From contig JBEKHN010000006.1 in the NCBI GenBank assembly GCA_050012255.1, positions 32,001 through 96,000 on the forward strand: a stretch of DNA of 64,000 bases, given 5' to 3'. Below the pieces are notes generated by a model, which saw only the letters and a list, made by a program, of their open reading frames with translations, searched no databases and had not been told where the DNA came from. Shown in pieces: positions 20,126 to 30,079 of the stretch. Each line of letters starts with the position of its first letter. Position 1 is the stretch's first letter. Made by a program: the position numbers and the translations under genes. This DNA is from Candidatus Bathyarchaeia archaeon. Lineage in GTDB: Archaea > Thermoproteota > Bathyarchaeia > Bathyarchaeales > Bathycorpusculaceae.

Positions 20126-21091
20126 TCAGAGCAAAAACTTGCTTACCAACAACACGATAGAGATTATGCTGTAAGTCTGTGTGATCATCATTATCCACTG
20201 AGGATTGTGTGCAGACAGACGCACGATGTTTGCCTCAGTGCTACTGCTCTTCGATACCATGAATTCTTTGGAAAGCGAGTAGAGCTTCCTGAACTCTGTC
20301 AACACAACAGATCCGGCAACTGGTATAGCAACTAAGAGAACAGCCAAGAATAAGTGTTGAGCGTAAGCGAATTGCAGAAGGAATGCAAGCGCAGTGAGCG
20401 CTGCTCCTGCAGTTAGAAGTGCCATGGCGATCAGTGATGCTTTAACGAGACCCACGTGCACCGTCAATGTTTCGATGCCCATTGCTTTGTCTCCGAAGTA
20501 GTCTCGGATTTCAGTCGGTACGATCACGCCGTACACTGTCAGAGCGAGCCCTGTGAGCGACATGAGAAAGAAGGGGTTCATTTCCGTTGTGAAGGTGTAG
20601 TAGGCGAATAGCACCGGGAAAAAGGCGAGTACGAGAATTAACGAGATCGGAGCTAGCCAATTTCTGGATTTCAGTCTTATTGGCGGAAGAGAGTAGGCAC
20701 AGCCCAGACAGATTCCGACTATCCACAGAAGTAGCAAAACAGGCTTCTGCAGAATCAGCATGAACAGAAAGACCAGAATCAGCGTAAGAGCAAATTCGAT
20801 GATAAGCGCCTTTTTCAGTCTGTCTGCTCCAAAAAAATTCATTGCTTCCACAAGCTGTTTCTTGCGCTCATCCTTTGAATCTAATTCACGGTCCGAGAGA
20901 GTGTTGGCTTGTGCACCAATAGCAGAGCTTAGATTGATTATTGCAAAGGACAAAACTATCATAACCACCAAGCCACTAACACTTGTAGACAGTGTTGCTC
21001 CCCAAGCAAGTCCCATAATGAGCGAACCCAAATTCGGCAGCAGAAACTCTGCTCTGGAAACAGTACCGAACAATCGTACGGTTTCGAACAT
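20126..21091 (-). CDS. UbiA-family prenyltransferase
   Basis: NTLSDRELD, YSLPPIRLK, EIRDYFGD, multiple TM helices; ORF is open to 21208. Confidence 0.85.
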   Translation of the reverse strand: MFETVRLFGTVSRAEFLLPNLGSLIMGLAWGATLSTSVSGLVVMIVLSFAIINLSSAIGAQANTLSDRELDSKDERKKQLVEAMNFFGADRLKKALIIEFALTLILVFLFMLILQKPVLLLLWIVGICLGCAYSLPPIRLKSRNWLAPISLILVLAFFPVLFAYYTFTTEMNPFFLMSLTGLALTVYGVIVPTEIRDYFGDKAMGIETLTVHVGLVKASLIAMALLTAGAALTALAFLLQFAYAQHLFLAVLLVAIPVAGSVVLTEFRKLYSLSKEFMVSKSSSTEANIVRLSAHNPQWIMMITQTYSIISIVLLVSKFLL

Positions 21092-21308
21092 GGCATTGCC
21101 AAGAGGGCTATAAGATCTAGGAGAATAAAAAGCGCATGCTAAAAGTAACACTATTTGTAATGGTAAAAGGTAATTAGGTGAACCTTCTGGCCGAACTCGC
21201 GTACGCATTAGGTTCGAAATTTCGAAGTTTTGTGGAAGGCAGAGTTTCTTGAGAAGTGAATGCGAAATCGTTAAAACCCCGTGTTACAAATTCAACTGAG
21301 GGGTTCTT

Positions 21309-22541
21309 ATGATTAACAATCGAAGGTACCTGTTCACTTCGGAGTCTGTGGCAGAAGGTCATCCAGACAAGGTCGCCGACCAGATATCAGATGCTGTCCT
21401 TGATGCTGTCTTAAGCAAGGATCCTAAAGCAAGAGTTGACTGTGAAACACTGGTGATGCAAGGAAACGTGATAGTCACTGGTCAGATCACGACGTCTTGC
21501 TACGTGGACATTCCCTGCATTACTAGAAAAACTCTGAAGGAAATAGGCTTGGATAACGCCAAAGATGGAATGGACTGGGAGACCTGTGGCGTGTTGGTTT
21601 CGATAACCGAGCAGTCCCCAGATATTGCCATGGGAGTCAACGAGTCCGAGGCTCATGAACAGGGAGCTGGAGACCAAGGAATGGTGTTCGGCTATGCCAC
21701 AAACGAGACGAAGGAATTGATGCCTTTGCCGATCATGTTTGCGCACAACCTTGTGAGACGACTTTCCGAGTGCAGAAAGAACAGAATTTTGCCATACCTG
21801 AGGCCAGATGGCAAGTCACAAGTCACGGTTGAGTATGCTGGTGGAAAACCAAAAAGAGTGGAGGCCGTTGTGATAGCTGCTCAACACGTTGAGAGCGTTA
21901 ACAGAGAGAAGATGAAGGAAGACGTGATAAATCAAGTCATAAGAAAGGTCATACCTTCCGGCATGTTGGACAAGGAAACAAAATACTACGTTAATGAGAC
22001 TGGAAGGTTCGTTGTCGGAGGAACTCTAGCAGATTCAGGTTTAACCGGAAGAAAAATAATAGTCGACACCTACGGAGGCGTCGGCAGCCACGGTGGAGGA
22101 TGCTTTTCAGGAAAAGACCCATCAAAAGTCGATAGATCTGGCTGTTACATGGCAAGGTACATTGCAAAAAACGTCGTAGCAGCAGGTCTGGCAGACCAGT
22201 GCGAGGTCCAGATATCTTATGCAATTGGCCTCGCACAGCCAGTTTCTGTGATGGTAAACACGTTTGGCACAGGAAAGATACCTGACGAAAGAATTCTCGA
22301 ATTAGTGCGAACACATTTCGACTTAAGACCCAAAGCAATAATAAATCATCTGAATTTGCTCAGACCAATATACAGAAAAACGGCTGTGTTTGGGCACTTT
22401 GGCAGAGACGACCCAGACTTCACATGGGAAAAAACCGACAAAGCAGAGATTCTCAAGAAGCACGCCAGATTACCACGACCAGCTCAGAACTGTAGTAAGA
22501 GACAGGAACCAAGGCGTGGTTTTCATGAATCTTCAGGATAG
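21309..22541 (+). CDS. metK: Methionine adenosyltransferase, bacterial/eukaryotic type
   Basis: [56 protein letters not shown]. Confidence 0.95.
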   Translation: MINNRRYLFTSESVAEGHPDKVADQISDAVLDAVLSKDPKARVDCETLVMQGNVIVTGQITTSCYVDIPCITRKTLKEIGLDNAKDGMDWETCGVLVSITEQSPDIAMGVNESEAHEQGAGDQGMVFGYATNETKELMPLPIMFAHNLVRRLSECRKNRILPYLRPDGKSQVTVEYAGGKPKRVEAVVIAAQHVESVNREKMKEDVINQVIRKVIPSGMLDKETKYYVNETGRFVVGGTLADSGLTGRKIIVDTYGGVGSHGGGCFSGKDPSKVDRSGCYMARYIAKNVVAAGLADQCEVQISYAIGLAQPVSVMVNTFGTGKIPDERILELVRTHFDLRPKAIINHLNLLRPIYRKTAVFGHFGRDDPDFTWEKTDKAEILKKHARLPRPAQNCSKRQEPRRGFHESSG

Positions 22542-23262
22542 GCTCGTAATTGTCACTGGTGCTTCTTCAGGGATAGGTCTGGCGACAGCTAGACTTCTCG
22601 CTAAACAGGGCGCGAAACTGGCTCTCGTCTCCCGTTCAAAAGGGGAGTTGGAGCAGCTCTCAGATGATCTTCCAGGCTCGTTAGCGGTTCCCGCCGACAT
22701 GACGAGAATCTATGATATCGAGAGCATGATTAGACGGACGATGGAGCACTTCGGGAGAATCGACGTTCTAATGAACTGTGCAGGTCAGGGATATGACGCT
22801 CCAGTTGAGAAGACTAACATTGACACTTTCCATCACATCTTCGACTTGGACGTGGTGGGCCCGGTTGTCGCGATGGAGCTGGTGATTCCTATCATGAGGA
22901 ACCAGGGCGGAGGAACGATTGTCAACGTTAGCTCTGGCACTGCCCTGATGTATTTGCCGTACAACGGTGCATATTCGGCCTTAAAACGCGCGCTTGCTAA
23001 TATCAGTTTGACTGCAAGGGAGGAGTTGAAGAAGGACAACATTGTTGTCAGTGTCGTGTACCCGTACATGACGCTCACGAATTTCGAGAAGAACACGATT
23101 AAAGATGCTGTTCCCGAGGGAGGGGAGCAGGATGGTGGCCCTCCTTTTCCAGCTGACACGGCAGAGTATGTGGCTCAGAAGATACTGGAAGGAATAGAAA
23201 GCGGAGAAGCAGAAATCTTCGCCCACGATTGGATGAAGAAAAGAGCCGACGCAAACCCCTAA
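22525..23262 (+). CDS. Short-chain dehydrogenase/reductase
   Basis: [21 protein letters not shown]. Confidence 0.9.
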   Translation: MNLQDRLVIVTGASSGIGLATARLLAKQGAKLALVSRSKGELEQLSDDLPGSLAVPADMTRIYDIESMIRRTMEHFGRIDVLMNCAGQGYDAPVEKTNIDTFHHIFDLDVVGPVVAMELVIPIMRNQGGGTIVNVSSGTALMYLPYNGAYSALKRALANISLTAREELKKDNIVVSVVYPYMTLTNFEKNTIKDAVPEGGEQDGGPPFPADTAEYVAQKILEGIESGEAEIFAHDWMKKRADANP

Positions 23263-23425
23263 CCTCGCTACTTCGACGCTTTTAGATATTCTGAGAAACC
23301 CCTGCTAGTGGATCAATTTGAACAAGCGTTAATCAGTAAGATGCTGCAGCTTCAGCGCAGGCTAGACTTATATGCGAAAATTCATCTAGAGGAAAATCAC
23401 AGGCGCAAGTGGTTCAAGTTGGGAG

Positions 23426-24154
23426 ATGATGGTTATGGCTGATGTCTTGAAAATCATTCAGCAGAGACGGTCAATCAGGGTTCCTTTTAATCCGAATCGT
23501 CCAGTTTCCAAGGAGAACCTGAGGCAGATCCTCGAGGCGACGCGTTGGGCGCCGACGGCTCACAACATGCAGAACTTCGAAATTCTTGTCGTTGATGACA
23601 AGGAGGTTCTGGAGGAGATTGGAAAAATCAAATCCCGTGTGTCGGAAGCGTTCATCCGTGAGAACTACCAGCAGCTGTCATTCTCGGAAGAGGAGTTGCT
23701 TCAGAAGAAGGTCGGAATCCTCGGCACCAATTTTCCGCCGGATTGGAGGGATCCTGACAAGCTGGACAAGGCTGTTCGTGAGAGCACGCCTTCGCCCCTG
23801 AACCAACGCATCAGAGGTAGTCCGCTGCTGCTGATAGTGATTTATGATTCTAGGAAGAAAGCGCCTGCTTCCGAGGGGGATGTTTTGGGTTTCATTAGCC
23901 TGGGCTGTGTGATGGAGAACATGTGGCTTATGGCCCAGTCGCTTGGGATAAGCGTTCACATATTGAGTGTGTTCAGCGGAGATGCCGTGGAAAAAGAGGT
24001 GAAGCGAATTCTCAACATCCCTGAAAACATGAAGGTTGCTTTTGCCATCCGTCTGGGATACCCCGTCTCCAGGCCGGCTAAACACCTGAGAGTGCGCCGT
24101 GACATGGAAATGCTCACGCATCATAATGGGTTTGGGAACAAGGGCTTCAGTTGA
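23426..24154 (+). CDS. Nitroreductase family protein
   Basis: RRSIR, WAPTAHNMQ, ENMWLMAQSLG, LGYP. Confidence 0.88.
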   Translation: MMVMADVLKIIQQRRSIRVPFNPNRPVSKENLRQILEATRWAPTAHNMQNFEILVVDDKEVLEEIGKIKSRVSEAFIRENYQQLSFSEEELLQKKVGILGTNFPPDWRDPDKLDKAVRESTPSPLNQRIRGSPLLLIVIYDSRKKAPASEGDVLGFISLGCVMENMWLMAQSLGISVHILSVFSGDAVEKEVKRILNIPENMKVAFAIRLGYPVSRPAKHLRVRRDMEMLTHHNGFGNKGFS

Positions 24155-24184
24155 GAAAACCTTGTCTTGTTTTCGCGCGCGCTG

Positions 24185-24227
24185 GTGGACCGGTGGGGAC
24201 TTGAACCCCAGACCTCCTGAGTGCAAG
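24185..24227. repeat. att direct repeat, copy 1 (displaced 3' half of tRNA-Ala)
   Basis: GTGGACCGGTGGGGACTTGAACCCCAGACCTCCTGAGTGCAAG, identical to 32390-32432. Confidence 0.97.
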
Positions 24228-25076
24228 ATGATTAATGATGCAATATGGGAAAACTTTGGTACTTGGCTATTGAAAACACACAAACAAAGGAATGCAAAAG
24301 AAGCTCTAAGAAATGCTAAGAAGTATGCTGCAATCCTGGAAAAACCCAGCATGGCTTCACAGCTTCTAATGTTAAACAAAGACCTTAGAAGAGTAGCAAT
24401 GAGTTCACTGAGCAATCTATCCAAGTATTTAGGAGTCTATGATCAATGGAAACAGACAATAAGAAATTATGGCTTGAAATGGGAAAACACAACCAGTCTA
24501 GAAACATTTCTCAGCATTCTAAACAGCAATCTGGAAGAGACAGAAATCTGGCTTAGACAAGTCATTAAGAAGCTACCGAGTGACTACTCTACAATTTTGG
24601 TATTTGATGTCTTAACTGGATTGAGACCCAGTGAAGCAGCAATGTCATGCAAACTGATAACAGACCTTTCAAACATGAACAAGCTGGACTCGTATCTGGA
24701 TGGAGATCTAATGATGTTACAGCATTTCAGATTTCCAGACTTGTTCCTAAGGAAATCAAAGAATGCATACATATCATTCATAACCCCAGAACTGCTTCAG
24801 CTTGTTCTGAGAACAAAACCAAGTATCAAATATTCAGCAATAGACACAATGATTGGCAGACAGGGTTTCAATACCAGAACAAAGCAGTTGAGAAAACTCT
24901 ATGCAACCAGGCTGAGAAACGATTTGCCTCAAGAGCTCGTTGATTTATTGCAGGGAAGAATAAGCCAAACGATATTTATGAAATTCTACTATAAGCCTCT
25001 ACTAAGAGACATCCAACAGAAAACAATCAAAGCACTGCAACCTCTACAAATGGAACTCCTGTCTCAAATACAGTGA
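24186..25076 (+). CDS. Tyrosine integrase, C-terminal (catalytic) part int(C)
   Basis: TGLRPSEA (R), KQLRK, LLQGR, KFYY (Y); begins with the att-encoded WTGGDLNPRPPECK; in-frame ATG at 24228. Confidence 0.9.
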   Translation, partial: WTGGDLNPRPPECKMINDAIWENFGTWLLKTHKQRNAKEALRNAKKYAAILEKPSMASQLLMLNKDLRRVAMSSLSNLSKYLGVYDQWKQTIRNYGLKWENTTSLETFLSILNSNLEETEIWLRQVIKKLPSDYSTILVFDVLTGLRPSEAAMSCKLITDLSNMNKLDSYLDGDLMMLQHFRFPDLFLRKSKNAYISFITPELLQLVLRTKPSIKYSAIDTMIGRQGFNTRTKQLRKLYATRLRNDLPQELVDLLQGRISQTIFMKFYYKPLLRDIQQKTIKALQPLQMELLSQIQ

Positions 25077-25182
25077 GTCCTAGAAACCATGCTCATAAGA
25101 GACTACTGAAGCCCATCATCCAGCAGAACTCAGAGACAGAACACTCAAAGCAATATCAGAGCTAGAACAAACACTAAACTAA
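25077..25182 (+). pseudogene. Relic 3' end of a second, related integrase
   Basis: VLETMLIRDY*SPSS/AELRDRTLKAISELEQTLN* (one stop, one frameshift) aligns without gaps to the int(C) tail ISQTIFMKFYYKPLLRDIQQKTIKALQPLQMEL. Confidence 0.6.
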
Positions 25183-25279
25183 GTGTTGAAACAAACCGAA
25201 ACACTTCTCCCTCTTTTCCATGTATACAGAACTACGGTGAAAAACTTCTAGAGGGTCTTTGAAATCTTTGAAGGAAGCT

Positions 25280-25804
25280 TTAGGCTTTTGATTGTTGAAG
25301 CTGTTGTTCTCTTTTCTTCAGTTCGTTGTATAGATATTCAAACTGCTGTAGTGACCTTGGAGACTGGAACTGTTTTCTATATCCGTCTACTACCAGCTTG
25401 ATTTTTTCCCATAGAGGTATAGCTATATAGCCAAAGAGGTCGTCAACTAATCCGAGGTCTATGAGCTTTCTATTCAGAAGCACGCCTATTTGTTCGAACA
25501 TCACGTTGACTATGCTCATACCGATAATTTCTGGTGAATCAACAAACCCCGTAGTAGTAGAATAATACTTTTTCACGAATTCATCATAGTCCTTGAAATC
25601 CAAGTTGAACGTTCTTGTCAAGGCTTTCCAGAATTCTTCACTACCAAAAGTTGAGTAAATTCTCATAAGAAGGTCTGCTTGCCTTGTCTCAATTTCTGCT
25701 TGTCTCGTCTTACTCTGATGTCTTATCTCCAGAACGTAGTAGACAACCCCAACTAACACACCTGCTGCTGCCACCATTGCAGAAATCTCGGTTATGTCAA
25801 CCAT
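25280..25804 (-). CDS. N-terminally membrane-anchored protein (DUF4760-like), paralog 1
   Basis: TM SAMVAAAGVLVGVVYY; RQADLLMRIY; FEQIGVLL..IDL; FEYLYNELKKRE. Confidence 0.7.
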   Translation of the reverse strand: MVDITEISAMVAAAGVLVGVVYYVLEIRHQSKTRQAEIETRQADLLMRIYSTFGSEEFWKALTRTFNLDFKDYDEFVKKYYSTTTGFVDSPEIIGMSIVNVMFEQIGVLLNRKLIDLGLVDDLFGYIAIPLWEKIKLVVDGYRKQFQSPRSLQQFEYLYNELKKREQQLQQSKA

Positions 25805-25806
25805 TC

Positions 25807-26364
25807 TTAACACCTAGAAGACTCGTCAGGAGAATTAGAATCTAAGACTGCTGGGAGAATTGCTTTCGCCCAAGTTTTCCTTAGTTGTGGTTCTTTTCTC
25901 AGAAGCTCATTATGGAGATACTCGAATCCCGCCCCTAACACTGGTTCATTGAGTTCTCTTCTAAATCCCACTGTCAGTGGCTTGGTCTTTTCATAGATTT
26001 CCTTAATCGCTGAAACTCCAAAGACATCGTAGGTCAAGCCTAGGTCAATGTGTTTTCTGTAGAGAAGAGTGCCAACCAATTCAAAGAATCCACAAACAGT
26101 AGAGATTGCCTTGTTAATTTCTAGCCTTGCTTCGGAATGTCGTGGATAATTCTTTAGGAAGTCCTCGTAGTCTTTGAATTGCAGCCTCATGATTTTCGAG
26201 AATGCATCTTGAAATTCGTTGCTATGCAACCTTGAATACAGTCTTATGAGTAGGTCTGTCTGCTTCTGCTCGTGAAGATGCCTAAGCTCCAAAACAGTCA
26301 AGGCAACACCTATCAACACACCTATTGCTGCAACAATAGCTGAAATAGAAGGTATGTCCAACAT
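25807..26364 (-). CDS. N-terminally membrane-anchored protein (DUF4760-like), paralog 2
   Basis: Same motif set: QTDLLIRLY, FELVGTLL..IDL, FEYLHNEL. Confidence 0.7.
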   Translation of the reverse strand: MLDIPSISAIVAAIGVLIGVALTVLELRHLHEQKQTDLLIRLYSRLHSNEFQDAFSKIMRLQFKDYEDFLKNYPRHSEARLEINKAISTVCGFFELVGTLLYRKHIDLGLTYDVFGVSAIKEIYEKTKPLTVGFRRELNEPVLGAGFEYLHNELLRKEPQLRKTWAKAILPAVLDSNSPDESSRC

Positions 26365-26493
26365 CCTTGTCACCCAGAAGACAAGATTAGGTGAGATCAG
26401 TATTAAAGACTACATCATAAACCATGAAAAGAACATCAAATAGAAAAGAAGCCCAATAGTAGCTTATTATGTTAATAACAGACAGAATATTGT

Positions 26494-27036
26494 TTACTTC
26501 TTTTCAGTCCTTGTCAGTATCTTTGGTTCTTTCCACTCTTCCCTGAGGATGCTGTAGACAAAGGAATCTCTCCATTCTCCTCTCGTGAAGAAGTTTCTAC
26601 GATGTGTTCCTTCCTTCTTGAAACCAACTTTCTCTAAGACCTTCTGAGAGGCTACATTTCTAGGGTCTGTCTGAGCTTGAACACGGCCTATGTCTTTGGA
26701 GAGAAACAAGTAATCCACCATAATTTTGACAGCTTCAGAGCAGTAGCCTTTCCCCCTCTCGTTTGGCACCAAACTGTAGCCGATTTCTAGTTGCCTACCT
26801 GCAATGTGTAGGACGTAGAAATGGGCTATGAAACCAATTTTGCTTCCATCTTTCTTCTCTATTATGAATGGTTTCAGCTCGTTAGGGTTCTCGAGCATCT
26901 TTTCTATATCTGTTCTGGACCCCTGATGCAAGGGATTGTATTCACCGAAGACCTCAGGCTTGTTGAACCATTCTGCAAATAATGGCAGATCCTCTTTCTC
27001 TATAGTTCTCAGATTTACATTCTTACCTTCAAGCAA
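26494..27036 (-). CDS. GNAT acetyltransferase, RimJ/RimL type, paralog 1
   Basis: EIGY..ERGKGY..EAV, NVASQKVLEKVGFKKEG, YSILREEWKEPKILT. Confidence 0.9.
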   Translation of the reverse strand: MLEGKNVNLRTIEKEDLPLFAEWFNKPEVFGEYNPLHQGSRTDIEKMLENPNELKPFIIEKKDGSKIGFIAHFYVLHIAGRQLEIGYSLVPNERGKGYCSEAVKIMVDYLFLSKDIGRVQAQTDPRNVASQKVLEKVGFKKEGTHRRNFFTRGEWRDSFVYSILREEWKEPKILTRTEKK

Positions 27037-27347
27037 CCTCTTTCACCTTTGATTCTTGTCTTCTTGTTTCAGTTCTTATGACTTGTGGAAACATCCATGA
27101 ACGAAACACTGGCAGCGCCAAATAGCTCTATCCATGAGAACCAATCTCAGATTCCTTCTCACAAGGACTAGGCATGGATTCAATATCTCTACTATTATTT
27201 CAACGATGCTAAGAGACCTATCATTAGAGTGCCTGGTAGGCCAAAGGTAAAATACTATGCATTTTCGAAGTCACAAACTTCTAGGGAGTCCCTGAAAAGG
27301 AAAGTTCACAGAGAAAGAAAAGGAAGGAAGCTATTTTCATCAAGCTG

Positions 27348-28013
27348 TTATTTTAGCTCAAATGTATGGATAGCATCGAGTTTTGGATATTTTTTGAATA
27401 AGTGAGCGTTCACTAACTCTATGGAATTAACAGCTATTTTTCCAAACTCTGTGTCCCTCAGCTTTTCTAGGTGACTAATTAGTCTGGTGAAATCCTTATT
27501 CTTCTGAAAATGCATTATGCTGATGTGAGGCAAGAAAGGATAGTCAAATTTCCTCTCTATCATCTCGTGTATTGTTTGTAGTCTTCCAAATATTTCTTCG
27601 ATTTTGCCTCCATCATGAACCTCCACGAAGACAACATCAGGGAAAATGTTGAGTTTAGAAAGGAAAACGTCAAATCTGCTAAATGGTTGTAAGACTTCTT
27701 TCGCTTGATTGATTATTCTTTGCAGGTTCTCAATCAAAATATCGTCTTCATATTTCTCTGATTTTGCTAGGAATCCAAGTCCCATTACGGATATGTGAAA
27801 ATAGTCTTTTGGGAATGGGGCTACACAAGAAATAGTGGATAGCCTATTCTGAATTTCAACTATCTTCTCAATCAGTTCTTCATTTCTGATTCTTACATGA
27901 AAAGTCAGATATTGACTTCTTCCTTTGGTCCAATCATTGTCAATCCAATATTTCTTTACATTCAATTGGATATTCTTTCTTCTTTCCCAAACATCCCTGA
28001 ATCTGTTGTTCAT
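27348..28013 (-). CDS. 2H phosphoesterase (2'-5' RNA ligase family)
   Basis: Two HxS motifs (FHISV, PHISI). Confidence 0.8.
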   Translation of the reverse strand: MNNRFRDVWERRKNIQLNVKKYWIDNDWTKGRSQYLTFHVRIRNEELIEKIVEIQNRLSTISCVAPFPKDYFHISVMGLGFLAKSEKYEDDILIENLQRIINQAKEVLQPFSRFDVFLSKLNIFPDVVFVEVHDGGKIEEIFGRLQTIHEMIERKFDYPFLPHISIMHFQKNKDFTRLISHLEKLRDTEFGKIAVNSIELVNAHLFKKYPKLDAIHTFELK

Positions 28014-28229
28014 ATACTGAATTGATAATCCTTTTCGCCTAAAGTCTTTTTGAACTATGCAGTTCAGTTAGTGCACACTACAGCACATCAAAAACACTCA
28101 AACAACCAGAACAGTCATTCAACACTATCGCAACAATTCGACAAAACAAAATTAATCTATCCTTATGCACACACTTTCTGAACTACGATGAAAAACTTCT
28201 ACAGACCCTCTGAAATCTTTGGAGAAATG

Positions 28230-28697
28230 CTAGGTTTTTGGTTGTTGAAGCTTCTGGTCTCTTTTCTTCAGTTCATTATAGAGATACTCGAACCAAAAGC
28301 ATTTGTCTGAATGCATTTCTTTAAGTGTAGACTCGTTCTTTTCCCATACCTGTTTCACTGGTTCAGCGAACAGTTCTCTAGCCATATCTATGTCCAAGAG
28401 TTTTCTATAGAGTAACAACCCGACTTCTTCATAGTATGTGCTCATTTTAAGAAGCTCCTTCCAACCTTGTCCCTTGATATATTCATTGAAGTCTTTCTCT
28501 CCCCTGACCTTCAGTTGATACCAGTAATTCATGACCTCTTCAGTCAATATCCCTTGGTATAATCTCAAGGTAAGGTCTGTTTGCCTTGTTCTGTTCTGAT
28601 TTCTCATATCAAGTATATAGTAGACAACACCAACTAGCACACCAGCAGCAGCTACCATTGCTGAAACAGAAGTTACGTCAAACTCCATTTGTTTCAC
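28230..28697 (-). CDS. N-terminally membrane-anchored protein (DUF4760-like), paralog 3
   Basis: SAMVAAAGVLVGVVYY; RQTDLTLRLY; YEEVGLLL; FEYLYNELKKRD. Confidence 0.7.
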   Translation of the reverse strand: MKQMEFDVTSVSAMVAAAGVLVGVVYYILDMRNQNRTRQTDLTLRLYQGILTEEVMNYWYQLKVRGEKDFNEYIKGQGWKELLKMSTYYEEVGLLLYRKLLDIDMARELFAEPVKQVWEKNESTLKEMHSDKCFWFEYLYNELKKRDQKLQQPKT

Positions 28698-28818
28698 CCA
28701 AAAGACCAGATAACCCGCAATCAGTATTAAAGACTACATCACAAACCATGAAGAGAATGATTATTTAGAAAAGAAGCCTAATCTAAGCTCTATATGTTAA
28801 TAACAGACAGAATATTGT

Positions 28819-29379
28819 TTACTTCTTTTCGGTCCTTGTCAGTATCTTTGGTTCTTTCCACTCTTCTCTGAGGATGCTGTAGAGATGGTAATCGGTCCAT
28901 GCTCCTCGCACGAACAGCAGTTTTCGAATAGTCCCTTCTATCTTTAAGCCTGCTTTCTCCAAAACTTTCTGTGCCGTTTTGTTCCTTACATTTGTGCATG
29001 CTTGTATACGACCAATGTTTTTTGAGAGAAATAGGTAATCAACCATTAACTGAGTCGCTTCTGCTCCGTATCCTTTCCCTCTTTCGCTAGGAACAAAAAA
29101 GCAACCGATTTCCATCACCCCGTATGGCTGATTAATAAAATGCCAGACAAACCCCATTCTATTTCCGTCCTTCTTCTGAACTATAAACTTCTTCCACTCA
29201 ATCGAAATCGCTATGTTCGGGGGATTGTCAAAATTTTGCATCAATCCTGACTTCGAAGTCTGCTCAAATACAGGATTGCTGTATTCCCCCCAGAAATACA
29301 TGTTATTGAAGCATTCAGCTAGAAAATCAATGTCGTCTCTCTCCAAAACCCTCAGATTCACAGTCTTCCCTTCAAGCAA
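28819..29379 (-). CDS. GNAT acetyltransferase, RimJ/RimL type, paralog 2
   Basis: ERGKGYG, VLEKAG..EG, EEWKEPKILT. Confidence 0.9.
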   Translation of the reverse strand: MLEGKTVNLRVLERDDIDFLAECFNNMYFWGEYSNPVFEQTSKSGLMQNFDNPPNIAISIEWKKFIVQKKDGNRMGFVWHFINQPYGVMEIGCFFVPSERGKGYGAEATQLMVDYLFLSKNIGRIQACTNVRNKTAQKVLEKAGLKIEGTIRKLLFVRGAWTDYHLYSILREEWKEPKILTRTEKK

Positions 29380-29452
29380 ATCAAGTCACCATTCAAACCA
29401 ATTACTTTCGGTTCAGCTATAACTTTTCCGCAAAACCAAAAACTGACTATCT

Positions 29453-30004
29453 TCAAGCGGTTTTTGTCAGTATTTTTGGTTCTTTCCATTCTTCTCTTAG
29501 AATGCTGTGGAGATAGTGATCAGTCCATACTCCTCTAACGAGCGTAAGTTTTCGGATAGTCCCTTCTATTCTGAAACCTGCTTTCTCCAGAACCCTCTGT
29601 GACGCTTTGTTCCCCACGTTTGTCGTTGCTTCTATCCGAACGATGTCTTTAGAGAGAAATAGATAATCAACCATTAACTGGACTGCTTCTGTTCCATATC
29701 CTTTCCCCCTTTCGCTGGGAAGAAGAAAGTACCCGATTTCCATCGTCCCGTATGGCTGATTAGTCCTGTGATGGACAAGCCCAATTCTGGTTCCGTCCTT
29801 CTTCTGAATGATGAACATCTTTAAGCCAAGCATTTTTTGAAACTCTGTAGGATTATCAAAACTCTTCATCCATTCTGACTTCGACATCTGCTCCTCAATT
29901 GGGATGTAATCCGCACAGAAACCCCCGTCATTATGGCATCCAACCTCAAAATCAATGTCATCACTCTCAATTACCCTCAGATTCACAGTCCTACCTTCAA
30001 GCAA
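29453..30004 (-). CDS. GNAT acetyltransferase, RimJ/RimL type, paralog 3
   Basis: ERGKGYG, NKASQRVLEKAGF..EG, EEWKEPKILT. Confidence 0.9.
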   Translation of the reverse strand: MLEGRTVNLRVIESDDIDFEVGCHNDGGFCADYIPIEEQMSKSEWMKSFDNPTEFQKMLGLKMFIIQKKDGTRIGLVHHRTNQPYGTMEIGYFLLPSERGKGYGTEAVQLMVDYLFLSKDIVRIEATTNVGNKASQRVLEKAGFRIEGTIRKLTLVRGVWTDHYLHSILREEWKEPKILTKTA

Positions 30005-30079
30005 CTCAGTTCACCAAACCACAGAGTCACTTTCGGTTCAGCTATAACTTTTCCGCAAAGTAGGAGAACTGAAAAACCT

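Noticed and set aside
23678-24424. 248-aa minus-strand ORF across the att site
   Set aside because: Antisense shadow of the nitroreductase and integrase, running through the tRNA fragment.
26443-26505. GAAAAGAAG...CTTCTTTTC inverted repeat (also near 28768-28830)
   Set aside because: Explained by Glu-Lys-Lys codons facing a T-rich terminator-like tract; inner pairing is not conserved between the two copies.
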